From a virus (taxonomy: Duplodnaviria > Caudoviricetes): a stretch of 39,837 bases of DNA. Positions 7,114 through 16,010 of the stretch are shown piece after piece (positions within the stretch are counted from its first letter, which is position 1; every line of letters begins with the position of its first letter). The notes under the pieces are model-generated. The model saw only the letters and a list, made by a program, of their open reading frames with translations. It did not search any database and was not told where the DNA came from. Position numbers and translations under genes: made by a program. The DNA lies in the IMG/VR virus record IMGVR_UViG_3300048838_000710, positions 1 through 39,837 of that record; one strand, written 5' to 3'.

Positions 7114-7473
7114 GATCAATATATTCCTCTCCCATTTATCACGCACCCTCTTGTAATCATCTAGTGTTACCTCCTTACCTTTGGCTTGGCGTTTAGCAAG
7201 GTAGAGCCTGTCGGGAGTTGAGCGATCTTTGAGCTGATGGCAGGGTTCGCTCAGAAGCATGATATTTTCACGTCTATCTCGTTGCCTCCGACTTAACCCC
7301 CACACTTTCCCTATCGACTGAGGCGTTACGTGGTCTCGTGTCAGTCTCACCTTACAACCATCGCAAGAGGGTCTTTGGCATGGCACACACGGACAATCCT
7401 CACTATGTATGATTGCCTCACACCCTCTCTCCTTCATCAAAGTAACTACTGAGGATGTCCCTTGCAACCTCAA
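7081..7473 (-). CDS. HNH endonuclease (true start probably at MKERGC)
   Basis: LTRDHVTPQS...ENIMLLSEPCHQLKD, Cys-rich N terminus. Confidence 0.72.
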   Translation of the reverse strand: MRLQGTSSVVTLMKERGCEAIIHSEDCPCVPCQRPSCDGCKVRLTRDHVTPQSIGKVWGLSRRQRDRRENIMLLSEPCHQLKDRSTPDRLYLAKRQAKGKEVTLDDYKRVRDKWERNILILVKASDDEVV

Positions 7474-8311
7474 TGCTTTTAAAGTGTTCCATCTTCCTCT
7501 CGTTGGGATAGAGCATTAGGGCGTGTCCAGGTCTACCTGAGCTTCCGCCAATTCCACGTTTCCTTGCCCAAGGATCTACCTCTTTGTACGTTCCCCCAAT
7601 CACTCCGATTCGGTCTTTACCGCCTTTTTCAAAGTGCAGTCCTTCACTGACATGGGTGTGTCCTAGAAATACAATATCTGCTTCTGGATACTCGAAGTCT
7701 AAAAACCGCTTACATGCATTGGTGGGATTGAGCTTTGAAGATCCCCAATACATATGCGTCATAGCAAGATCGTAAGTTACATCCATTTTGATATGTAGTA
7801 AGCCTCCAGTGGTAAAGATAGGAGCTCGCAGTTGACCCAAAAATGAGTCGTACCAGTCTTGACCGGCTCGTCCTCCAAAGTCGTTGTGATTACCAAATCC
7901 CATTGCACCGATCTTTCCTTTTTCATCGAGGGGCTTGACCTTTTCAAACCATGCCCTTGATACCTGCTGGGGTGGCACAGGATTTTCCATCATGGCAGAA
8001 GCCCATTTACCTGTGGCGTTGAAGTTGTCTGTGTCGTCGCCGTTTATCACCACGTAGGTATTGGGGGTGTTTGCCACAAGATCGAAGTGCTTATTTATCA
8101 TCTCGACATTTGAGAATATCGATCCGTAGTGGGGATCAGTCATCAGGAGTATGAGAATGGGCTTGTCTGGAAAGTCTAGCTGGGGGGTAAAGGTGGCTTC
8201 GGATTGCCCTATGTCGAAGTCTTTGAGGAAATCTTGTGTTGTGGTTAGTATCTCGTCTACTTGGCTATCTGACCAAGGTCTTAGTTTCTTGTCTGGGTAG
8301 ACATCAACCAT
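7418..8311 (-). CDS. Calcineurin-like metallophosphoesterase
   Basis: Motifs DPHYG, NGDDTDN, GNHN, THMY and GHTH in canonical order. Confidence 0.9.
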   Translation of the reverse strand: MVDVYPDKKLRPWSDSQVDEILTTTQDFLKDFDIGQSEATFTPQLDFPDKPILILLMTDPHYGSIFSNVEMINKHFDLVANTPNTYVVINGDDTDNFNATGKWASAMMENPVPPQQVSRAWFEKVKPLDEKGKIGAMGFGNHNDFGGRAGQDWYDSFLGQLRAPIFTTGGLLHIKMDVTYDLAMTHMYWGSSKLNPTNACKRFLDFEYPEADIVFLGHTHVSEGLHFEKGGKDRIGVIGGTYKEVDPWARKRGIGGSSGRPGHALMLYPNERKMEHFKSIEVARDILSSYFDEGERV

Positions 8312-8382
8312 CTAATTAAGTGTCGTTTTGTCCATGTATTTGACCAAAATGTTATAATTAACTTGCATGCAAAGGGGAGACT

Positions 8383-8895
8383 TTAGCTAGACCTATTGAT
8401 CTCCCCACTTTTTTTAGAACCTCGTTTCCAAGATTTGTTACCTAATTGAAATTGACCCCTGCCTCCATTGTCTTTTGCGTGTTTACTGCCATGACATATT
8501 AAACAAATAGTTTGTAGGTTTTCCATTGTGTTCTCTTCTCTATTACGATTCAAATGGTCGACATTTATGTCTGCACCCCATCTATCCAAGTGTTCCTTAC
8601 GAGTCATCCCGCATTGCCTGCATTTTTCACCATCTCGTTTGATTACCTTCTCTCTAAGTCCGTCATATTCTCGCCTGTCATAACTTTTCTTTAGATTTCG
8701 AATCAACTTAGTTCTGTGCCTGTGCCAATACTCTCGATGCAGTCTTTTCTTTTCTTCGGGATTATTTCTTTGCCACTTTCTTGCACGCTCTATATTACAT
8801 TTCTTGCATTCAGGAAATGCTCCATCTTTGGTTTTCTTGTGTCGATAGAATTGATCTAACGACTTCACTTTTCGACAATTCTTGCATCGTTTCAC
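8383..8895 (-). CDS. HNH endonuclease with N-terminal zinc finger
   Basis: KRCKNC...ECKKC; RDGEKCRQCG...VDHL...NLQTICLICHGSKH; own promoter TTGACT-N17-TAATAT. Confidence 0.88.
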   Translation of the reverse strand: MKRCKNCRKVKSLDQFYRHKKTKDGAFPECKKCNIERARKWQRNNPEEKKRLHREYWHRHRTKLIRNLKKSYDRREYDGLREKVIKRDGEKCRQCGMTRKEHLDRWGADINVDHLNRNREENTMENLQTICLICHGSKHAKDNGGRGQFQLGNKSWKRGSKKSGEINRSS

Positions 8896-8933
8896 AAGTC
8901 CATATTATGTCAAGCTTAGAACCTAGTCAACTA

Positions 8934-9170
8934 TTAAAATCGAACCAAACCCTTTACTAATTTCGATTCTTCTGTTTTTGTCGATTGTTCCATGCCAGTT
9001 TCGTGCAGGTATTTGTCTACAAATCTTAGTCCTGCGACTACTCCAACTACAGCTACAACTTTAAGATCTAGGGTATTAGTTTCAAGGCTAGTTATTAGAA
9101 TCGGAATGACCGCCAAAACGACCACTCTGAAAAATTCTTTAACTGCTTCAATAAGTGCTTTCTTATTCAT
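8934..9170 (-). CDS. Probable holin (2 TM, basic C terminus)
   Basis: Two hydrophobic segments, in the lysis cassette; GGGGGTGA SD before ATG 9170. Confidence 0.65.
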   Translation of the reverse strand: MNKKALIEAVKEFFRVVVLAVIPILITSLETNTLDLKVVAVVGVVAGLRFVDKYLHETGMEQSTKTEESKLVKGLVRF

Positions 9171-9378
9171 CCTGATCACCCCCGTCTCCTTTTTCACGAA
9201 TATCTTTTAGTGTCGGTTGATATCCCTCAAGGAGATTAGGGAAGTTGTTGCCATCTGGAACGACCCTCATTGATAGGGTGTCTAACACCTCTTTCGGATT
9301 AGCCTTACGTCTGCCGAATACGTCAGCCTTTTCCCTAGTAGGGTATGTCTTTAGAAGCCTTTTTTGTAGTTCATTCAT
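9163..9378 (-). CDS. Hypothetical protein in lysis cassette
   Basis: ATGA overlap with the endolysin stop. Confidence 0.6.
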   Translation of the reverse strand: MNELQKRLLKTYPTREKADVFGRRKANPKEVLDTLSMRVVPDGNNFPNLLEGYQPTLKDIREKGDGGDQDE

Positions 9379-10244
9379 TTCTCCATGATTACAGCGAGAT
9401 TTCCCAACTTAAATACTTTCTCGTAGTCTTTGCCGTCTAGCTTGTAGACCACCTTTGGCTCAACCGCTTTCTCAAGCTCTGTAACGCGTTCCTGAAGCCC
9501 CCTGACCTTTCCCATTACTTCTTCCGTGTCTGCGGAAACTGGAAGCCCTAGCGTGTTTTTAAGATCGTTGTAGTTTTCCTTATACTGATCAGCGATTACT
9601 TGCCAGTTGATATCGTCTGGTTTAACTCCCCATTCGTTCAACCAGTAACTGCGGGCGTTACTATCACCACCTAGTATCTCTCGAAGTATCTCAACTAGAT
9701 TTTTGTTTTGTTGCAGTCGGAAGTTTATCTCATCATCAGAGGGAGGATTGTCAGGACGTGTACCTAAGTAAGCGTCGATTATTTGTTGTTTTTTTTCCAT
9801 AGATTCATTATTTCCACCGTTTCCTGCTTCCACCTGATCAGTGAACTCAACAGGGAAGTTGACATTATCTTTGTTACGATATTCGCTGTGGCAGTGTGCG
9901 CCCGTGGAGTTTCCTGTGTTTCCGATTTGTGCGACAACCTGTCCTGCCTGAACTTTCGTTCCCACTGGAAGAACCGATCCCGCTTGGAAGTGTGCTCCGA
10001 GTTGGTAGACAGTAGCTCCGTCAACTTCTGCTTTAATCTTGATATAGTTCCCATAATCTGCTGTTGTTAGTGTTCCGTTATTGATCCAATTCTTTGTCTC
10101 GCTATTCTTGGCTTGGGTAACAACTCCAGCAAAACTACTGTAATAGTTAGGGTCTGGTTTCGCACTATTGTCGTAACCCTTGTGCTTCACCGAATACCCC
10201 TGCGTCAGTCTGTTATCCTTACCTGTCGGTCTCCTGACCTTCAT
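9375..10244 (-). CDS. M23-family peptidase endolysin
   Basis: HKGYD (HxxxD), YGNYI, GNTGNSTGAHCHSE (HxH). Confidence 0.9.
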   Translation of the reverse strand: MKVRRPTGKDNRLTQGYSVKHKGYDNSAKPDPNYYSSFAGVVTQAKNSETKNWINNGTLTTADYGNYIKIKAEVDGATVYQLGAHFQAGSVLPVGTKVQAGQVVAQIGNTGNSTGAHCHSEYRNKDNVNFPVEFTDQVEAGNGGNNESMEKKQQIIDAYLGTRPDNPPSDDEINFRLQQNKNLVEILREILGGDSNARSYWLNEWGVKPDDINWQVIADQYKENYNDLKNTLGLPVSADTEEVMGKVRGLQERVTELEKAVEPKVVYKLDGKDYEKVFKLGNLAVIMEK

Positions 10245-10287
10245 ATAATTACTAATGCTAGCACTCCCTCTGCCTTAGCTGTCAATA

Positions 10288-10560
10288 TCATCTTCCCTCC
10301 AATCCGATTAGTGCCAGTACTGCAAAAATCACTGCTCCTAAAATGATCCTAGTTACCCAGTCACGTAGGCTTGATAGATCGTTTACTTTTGATTCGAGGG
10401 CTTTTAATTCTTGTTTGGTTGAGTAGGTTTCATCAGCCTTCTTGATGAAGTCTTGAAGTGTAGTTTTGATTTCCTGCACATCTTGCTGTATGTAGTTGGT
10501 CTGCTGACTCATAAGACTAAGCTTGATTTCGTTCTTCTGTGATGTAGATTGTTTTGGCAT
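10288..10560 (-). CDS. Coiled-coil protein with C-terminal TM helix (holin/lysis accessory)
   Basis: Heptad-like N part, WVTRIILGAVIFAVLALIGL; directly upstream of the endolysin. Confidence 0.65.
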   Translation of the reverse strand: MPKQSTSQKNEIKLSLMSQQTNYIQQDVQEIKTTLQDFIKKADETYSTKQELKALESKVNDLSSLRDWVTRIILGAVIFAVLALIGLEGR

Positions 10561-10590
10561 GTCATTCGACTTTTTTCATAATAACATTTT

Positions 10591-13500
10591 TTAATTGCTA
10601 ATTTTAGTCTTGGAATTCCAAGAGCCGGAACCGTCAATTTTCGATCGGGGATTCCAACCATCTGCTTCTGTTTTTGATCGTTGACTCCAACCACCTGAGG
10701 CAATTTTCGCGTGAGGAGTCCAGTTATCAGAAGCAGTTTTCGGTCGGGGAGTCCAGTTGTCAGACTCGTCTATCTTTGGTTGATTAACCCAAGCAGCAGG
10801 TATCTCTACGGTAAGGTCGGGTTGTAATACACTCATCACCAAAGCATCAACCGTAGTTGAAACATTTCTGATCGCATCGACACTAGGGCTGGGCAGAGAG
10901 CTAGTCAGTACTTGTGCTGCTAGACTGATGATTACGCTTTCCTCTGCCGTGATCGTCGGTGTTGGTTGTACTGCGACAAGCGATTGGACGTCAGGGCTAA
11001 TGGTCACATTTTGTGCTGTTGAAATCGTCGGTGAAGGCAAACTTATCGACAATGACTGAACATCTGGATTAGCTAGGGTTATCCCTCCAACCACTGGTTC
11101 ACCCAACGACGCATTCATGGTTTGAACTGACGGACTTATCGAAATATTCTGCTCGGCTGTAATCGTGGGGCTCGGCTGAGTTGTGGTTAAAGCTTGAACA
11201 CTTGGCGATATCGTCGTGTTTCGGACGGTTGATATAGTTGGGCTAGGCTGACTGAATACGGCCGACTGAACTCCTGCATCGTATGTTAGGTCTACATCTC
11301 CTCCAAAGGGAACGTCAGTGGAGTAGGTAGGACTGCCTGATGAGAAAGTTAGGTCATTGTTGTTACCGGTTTCATCGAGAAGATCGCCATTGAATCTCCA
11401 ATGTCCTTGTAGGTTGTCGCCTGCTGGTGATTGAGTGTCGCTATTGTCAGAGATTTCAGTAGATGACCTGATGTCACTCCACACACGTAGCTCGTCGATC
11501 TTGCCGTCGAAATAGTCTATGCCGTCTCGTGCAGACCCCACTTCGAATCGAGCAGTACTGTTTTTGATATCCGATATGTTGGTGTTAACTATGACTGTTC
11601 CGTTCCCTTGACTTGCTTCATCAAGAAACAACTCAAACTCGGAAGCTGTTGCTTGGGATATATCGAATGTAACGGCGATGTGATACCAAACGCCCGTGGT
11701 CGGTGTCCAGGTCCATCGAACTACGTCCTGACTACCCGCACCATTGTAGACCTGAGCTTGCAGTTTTAAAGTCCCGGCGTCGTTATATAGACCTATTTGA
11801 TAGGAGCGGTTACTGCTCGAGTTGGCATATTTGGTAACTAATGCTGCCATGACGTTACTCGTTGGCGCACTCTCGAAGTTAACATTGAACTCAATTGTGA
11901 AATCTCCCGATAGATCAAGTCCTGTCTGATTTGCGTCTGTGATATAAGCATACTCGGAGTTACTTGCCTCTAGATCAAGGGAATAAGTGTTCGCACCACT
12001 AGCTGAAATGACTGGCGTTGGCTGGGATGCAGTGATCGCTTGCACACTCGGGGACACGGTTATGTTTTGGACCGCAGTCACAGTGGGCGCCGCTTGACTT
12101 ACTGTTAGGGCTTGGGCACTCGCAGTTTCAGAAACGTTTTGAGTAGTGCTTACGGTCAAAGATGGCTGGCTGAGGGTCAAGTCCTGCTCACTTGCGGAAA
12201 TTGAAACACCTACTCCCTCGACGACCGTGGGCGAGGCTTGCGAGATGGCAAGAGTTTGCGCAGATGGACTGACAGTCACATTTTGTATTGCAGACACGTT
12301 AGGATCGATTTGAGAAGCAGTTAGTGCCTGTACAGCAGGTTCTATTAGGACATTCTCGGTCGTAGTCACTGTCGCAGATGGTAGCGATGCGGTAAGGTCC
12401 TGTGCACTTGGATTTATACTATCCCCAAGACCTTCGGTAACTATTGGCGATGATATTGATGAAGTTAGTGATTGGACTCCAGCGCTTACCAAAACATTCT
12501 GAACAGCCAATATTGTTGGGGTCGGTTGTGATGCAACTAGAGACAGTGCTGATGGTGTGATTGTGGCGTTTCGAATTGCACTGACAGTTGCCGAAGGTTG
12601 CGAACTAGAGAGCGATAGAGCTGAGGGTTCGGCGGTTACGTTTGTACCTCCTGCTGGTACGTACTCAACCAGAACCCAAGCCGTTGATATTCTGATCAAT
12701 GTTGTTGCACTGCTGTTAGTCCTCACGCCAACCTGAAGTGAATCAAGGTCACTTGCGGTCAACGCTCCCGAATCTCCTGGATCAACATATGTTGTGTATT
12801 TATGAACTCTGGGCACAGGATCAGAATGTGTGCGCCAACCACTTATTGAGAAGTCAATAGAGCCAGACCAGTATTCGGTACCAGCATGCTTTATCCCTAC
12901 ATTCAGGTTTCTACCTCCCGACGAAGTGTTGTTATTACTTCCCGCATAAAGTCCCACAGCAACTACGTTTATAGTATCGCCTGATCCGATACCTCTAGCC
13001 GAGGAATCTTCAATGTTATAGAGATCTTTAGGTTGATTGGAGGTTGAATTATCCCGCACAAGACTTGTGGATGTGTCGGGGGATTGTTCATCCATTAAAG
13101 TGTAGTTGTTGGAGTCACCCGCCGATTGATCCACTTTATCCCAAGTGTTGCTATCACCCGCGCCATTCGTCAACAAGTGAACAACATGTCCTTCCCCTGG
13201 GTAGCTATTCTGGTATGAACCGCTGCCATTATTTACAGCGAGGTCATCAAAGTAAACCAAAGTGTCTCCGTCAGAAGAGCCTGTTGAGTTGTAACACCCC
13301 GTCGACTGAACCGTAACAGTCTTATTCGTAAACGTTAGCGAACTTGAAGCCGACTGCTCCACACCATCTAGCCTGACTTTAAATACTTCGCTTCCGTCGG
13401 CGGGGGATGTGTCGTACTCGACCTCGATGTAATGCCAAGCACCACTTGATAGTGTAAAAGTTGATAGTGCAGCACCAAAGTTGTTGTAGTATGGCGTAGC

Positions 13501-13815
13501 TGTAAGTGTCCCGCTTACGTTCTCAATTGATACTGAGATAACATTAGTCCCGCCGCTATACAAGTCCATGTAACAGGTCGTACCTGCTTTAAGTGTGTCG
13601 ATATAGACATACCATCGCGCAAATACCTTTGTTTCACCTGTAGAAAACTGATGATCAAAGCCCTCTGCTGTGGTGGGCGATAAGCTGATAACCTGCCATG
13701 CAAATGACCCTGAGTGTTTAACTCCCGATGTTACAGATGCACCGTAGACCGTATCAACCTCAATCAGGGATACTACACTGTTTAACTCTGCTCCTGTTGT
13801 CCATAGTCGTGCCAT
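10591..13815 (-). CDS. Large virion fibre/adhesin: N-terminal beta-sandwich domains, ~23-aa S/T/P/V repeats, internal LamG domain, C-terminal Trp repeats
   Basis: Repeats of type TISPSVQALTASQPSPTI; LamG motifs WYHIAVTFD and FDGKIDELRVWSDIRS; WTPRPK/WTPHAK/WSQRSK/WNPRSK/WNSKTK tail. Confidence 0.8.
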   Translation of the reverse strand: MARLWTTGAELNSVVSLIEVDTVYGASVTSGVKHSGSFAWQVISLSPTTAEGFDHQFSTGETKVFARWYVYIDTLKAGTTCYMDLYSGGTNVISVSIENVSGTLTATPYYNNFGAALSTFTLSSGAWHYIEVEYDTSPADGSEVFKVRLDGVEQSASSSLTFTNKTVTVQSTGCYNSTGSSDGDTLVYFDDLAVNNGSGSYQNSYPGEGHVVHLLTNGAGDSNTWDKVDQSAGDSNNYTLMDEQSPDTSTSLVRDNSTSNQPKDLYNIEDSSARGIGSGDTINVVAVGLYAGSNNNTSSGGRNLNVGIKHAGTEYWSGSIDFSISGWRTHSDPVPRVHKYTTYVDPGDSGALTASDLDSLQVGVRTNSSATTLIRISTAWVLVEYVPAGGTNVTAEPSALSLSSSQPSATVSAIRNATITPSALSLVASQPTPTILAVQNVLVSAGVQSLTSSISSPIVTEGLGDSINPSAQDLTASLPSATVTTTENVLIEPAVQALTASQIDPNVSAIQNVTVSPSAQTLAISQASPTVVEGVGVSISASEQDLTLSQPSLTVSTTQNVSETASAQALTVSQAAPTVTAVQNITVSPSVQAITASQPTPVISASGANTYSLDLEASNSEYAYITDANQTGLDLSGDFTIEFNVNFESAPTSNVMAALVTKYANSSSNRSYQIGLYNDAGTLKLQAQVYNGAGSQDVVRWTWTPTTGVWYHIAVTFDISQATASEFELFLDEASQGNGTVIVNTNISDIKNSTARFEVGSARDGIDYFDGKIDELRVWSDIRSSTEISDNSDTQSPAGDNLQGHWRFNGDLLDETGNNNDLTFSSGSPTYSTDVPFGGDVDLTYDAGVQSAVFSQPSPTISTVRNTTISPSVQALTTTQPSPTITAEQNISISPSVQTMNASLGEPVVGGITLANPDVQSLSISLPSPTISTAQNVTISPDVQSLVAVQPTPTITAEESVIISLAAQVLTSSLPSPSVDAIRNVSTTVDALVMSVLQPDLTVEIPAAWVNQPKIDESDNWTPRPKTASDNWTPHAKIASGGWSQRSKTEADGWNPRSKIDGSGSWNSKTKISN

Positions 13816-13835
13816 ATTCTAAATTTAACTAAAAC

Positions 13836-13885
13836 AAAAAAGGACTTCAGGGCGCGGATGAATTATCCACACACCCAAAGCCCTT
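13836..13885 (-). terminator. Long hairpin with T run between virion gene and fibre gene
   Basis: Minus strand AAGGGCTTTGGGTGTGTGGAT / ATCCGCGCCCTGAAGTCCTT followed by TTTT. Confidence 0.65.
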
Positions 13886-13906
13886 GAGACTTTATAGGAA
13901 CTACAG

Positions 13907-14329
13907 CTATCCCAAATTGAGAATACCTTCTGCGTTCCAAGAAATTGTAAAATCACCGCTTGAACTTACTTTGTCTTCTCCAAAATCGAAGTAACAGATC
14001 AACTTACTTGTTGATGGTGTTCCTGTGTTCTTGTAGATGACTGCCCCTCGTGCAGTTATTGTTGAGGATGACCAGGTTAAATCGTCTGCATCAAACACGC
14101 CTTCATCATCTGTATTGTCTACCGATACTGTTTCGGTCGTTAAATCAGCACCACCGGCTGTGTAGCCTGTGCCGGAAACTTCATTTGTAACGTCGTCAAA
14201 ATTGTCGTGGGAATCTACGTTTGGAGTATAGGATGATGTGACCAAAGCAACTTGGATATCATCTGTATCTAGGTCAATGGACCCATTCATGATGTCTCTT
14301 TTAAAACTGTTGTATATTGCGTTTGCTAT
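13907..14329 (-). CDS. Conserved-looking virion protein; probable non-canonical ATA start at 14329
   Basis: Strong SD (AAGGGGGGTGA) precedes ATA GCA AAC GCA ATA TAC..., 13 codons upstream of and in frame with ATG 14290. Confidence 0.75.
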   Translation of the reverse strand: MANAIYNSFKRDIMNGSIDLDTDDIQVALVTSSYTPNVDSHDNFDDVTNEVSGTGYTAGGADLTTETVSVDNTDDEGVFDADDLTWSSSTITARGAVIYKNTGTPSTSKLICYFDFGEDKVSSSGDFTISWNAEGILNLG

Positions 14330-14344
14330 GGTTTTTCACCCCCC

Positions 14345-14617
14345 TTAATTGGTTTGAGAATTTACTCTCAAAGTATCAACTTCTACTACTGTGTCTTTTG
14401 ATTGAGAGGTTTTCTGTGCTTCTAATTTAGCTGCTTCAAGTCGTGCCGCTTTTCTAGCTTCTCGAAGTGCTTCCTGCTCCTCACGTCGGGAGTCATTGAA
14501 ACACATCTTGTGAACGAGTTGTCCACCTTCAGTTTTTTCGTTGGCAATCCAGACATAAGTCCTGTCAGTGGTTTTACCCTTACATAGACTGCACACTGGT
14601 TGTTCGTTTAGTTTCAC
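14345..14617 (-). CDS. Hypothetical protein with CxxC...HxxC zinc motif and coiled coil
   Basis: GGAGGTGA SD before GTG. Confidence 0.7.
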   Translation of the reverse strand: MKLNEQPVCSLCKGKTTDRTYVWIANEKTEGGQLVHKMCFNDSRREEQEALREARKAARLEAAKLEAQKTSQSKDTVVEVDTLRVNSQTN

Positions 14618-14696
14618 AAAGCCTCACCTCCGTTCATATTTATAGTTCTTTGTATCAGACACTGTAAGCTTATGTCAATGACCAGAGTCATCTCGC

Positions 14697-15212
14697 TTAC
14701 ACTGCCGATACTACTTTACTTCCTTCTGTAATTGGTCTCCAAAGGCACACATAGTAAATGTTGCCGGCTGTTATATTAGTTGTCCCCACAGTCTCGATTA
14801 TGTCAGCACCATTTGTAATAAGTTTTGGTCCAGCCACATCAGCAAAGGCAGCAGCTCTAACATCGTCTACTGTTGAATCTACCCAGATATCACCTGCTGC
14901 GATGTCGGTAGCGTCTGCCACTTGGGCAAGTAATTCTGCTGTGTTGCCTAAAACTCCAACTTCGAGTGTTGCTGCTCCCACTAACGTAGTGGTACAGACA
15001 CCATATAGTCTTACCAGCACATCACCCGTAATATTGAATAGTGTAAAGGGATCACTTGTGCCTCCATCATCGCCTCGTGCGTTAGTTGTACCCCCTGCAA
15101 AAGCTGATGGTTCTGCTACTTCCACGAAAAAATCATCCAGCGAAGGTAGCGGAACACCGCCCCCATCTCGTGCTGGAGAATAAAATTTGTTTTGAAAATT
15201 ACTGTTACTCAT
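14697..15212 (-). CDS. Probable virion structural/decoration protein
   Basis: Acidic G/A/T/V-rich beta protein downstream of capsid; AAGGAGGTGA SD places the start at ATG 15212. Confidence 0.65.
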   Translation of the reverse strand: MSNSNFQNKFYSPARDGGGVPLPSLDDFFVEVAEPSAFAGGTTNARGDDGGTSDPFTLFNITGDVLVRLYGVCTTTLVGAATLEVGVLGNTAELLAQVADATDIAAGDIWVDSTVDDVRAAAFADVAGPKLITNGADIIETVGTTNITAGNIYYVCLWRPITEGSKVVSAV

Positions 15213-15230
15213 AAACGTCACCTCCTTAAC

Positions 15231-15271
15231 CGTTTATTCCTGCCCCGATCAGATCGGAGCAGAGTAAAGGG
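15231..15271. other. Intergenic hairpin (mRNA processing/stability or terminator)
   Basis: TTTATTCCTGCCCCGATC / GATCGGAGCAGAGTAAA imperfect long stem. Confidence 0.5.
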
Positions 15272-15278
15272 TCAATAG

Positions 15279-15896
15279 TTAGTTTGGCACAACTGCCGTA
15301 ACTACTGCTCCAATTGCTGTAAAGCCTTGTCCCATCCACCCGATTGTGTTGTCAATCTTAGTGAATCGATGGATTTCCCCACCTGCTGCGATCGCGTATT
15401 CCTTTGTTCCGTCGCTATTCTCAGAGTTGATCTCTTCATCGCTTGAGGCTGGAGTTCGCACTTCATGCCCTGCTGCATTTGAGACAACTGTGACAGTGAA
15501 GCCATTGGGAACACTCGCCAGTGAAGGTAGAGTGATCCAGTCATCAACTCCATTTACGTTAGCTCCAACACTTACCATAGAAACTCCAGCAGGGATCATG
15601 TTGACTCCTGCTCCGTCTGCATCGTCTGGTGTTAGAGACACCACTTCTCCGCTTGGTACTGCATTAAAGTTAGCAGATGTGGTGGATCCTTCGTTTACAT
15701 ATAGAAGGATGTTTGCACTAGCGTCTGTTTTGGTAAACAAACAACCTTTGGCATAACCTGCTCCTGTTGGAACAGTAGTTCCAGAGGCGCGGGAAACATT
15801 ACCATCAAGGTCATATTCCAACACTCTTACAGAGACTGCATCTATCGTCTTTACGTGTCCAGCCAGTTTGATTGGTCTGTTAAATACTTTTGTCAT
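15279..15896 (-). CDS. Probable capsid decoration protein
   Basis: Directly after the capsid gene, perfect SD, GYAKGCLF...LYVNEG N-terminal motif, G/A/T-rich. Confidence 0.6.
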   Translation of the reverse strand: MTKVFNRPIKLAGHVKTIDAVSVRVLEYDLDGNVSRASGTTVPTGAGYAKGCLFTKTDASANILLYVNEGSTTSANFNAVPSGEVVSLTPDDADGAGVNMIPAGVSMVSVGANVNGVDDWITLPSLASVPNGFTVTVVSNAAGHEVRTPASSDEEINSENSDGTKEYAIAAGGEIHRFTKIDNTIGWMGQGFTAIGAVVTAVVPN

Positions 15897-16010
15897 TCTT
15901 CTGTTTTCACCTCCTTCTTAAAATCTTAAATAATAGTTATTTGTTTTGTTTGGCGTCCGTTTTATTCGGAGGACTTCTTTCAGCCGTGAAATCTCTTACC
16001 ATCAAGCGAA

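Noticed and set aside
8312-8335. In-frame TAG before the phosphoesterase as evidence of stop-codon recoding
   Set aside because: Long genes are intact in the standard code and TAG ends several well-supported genes.
10800-12650. Fibre repeats as diversity-generating retroelement TR/VR
   Set aside because: No reverse transcriptase in the window, and the repeats are similar at protein level only, with no adenine-specific mismatch pair noticed.
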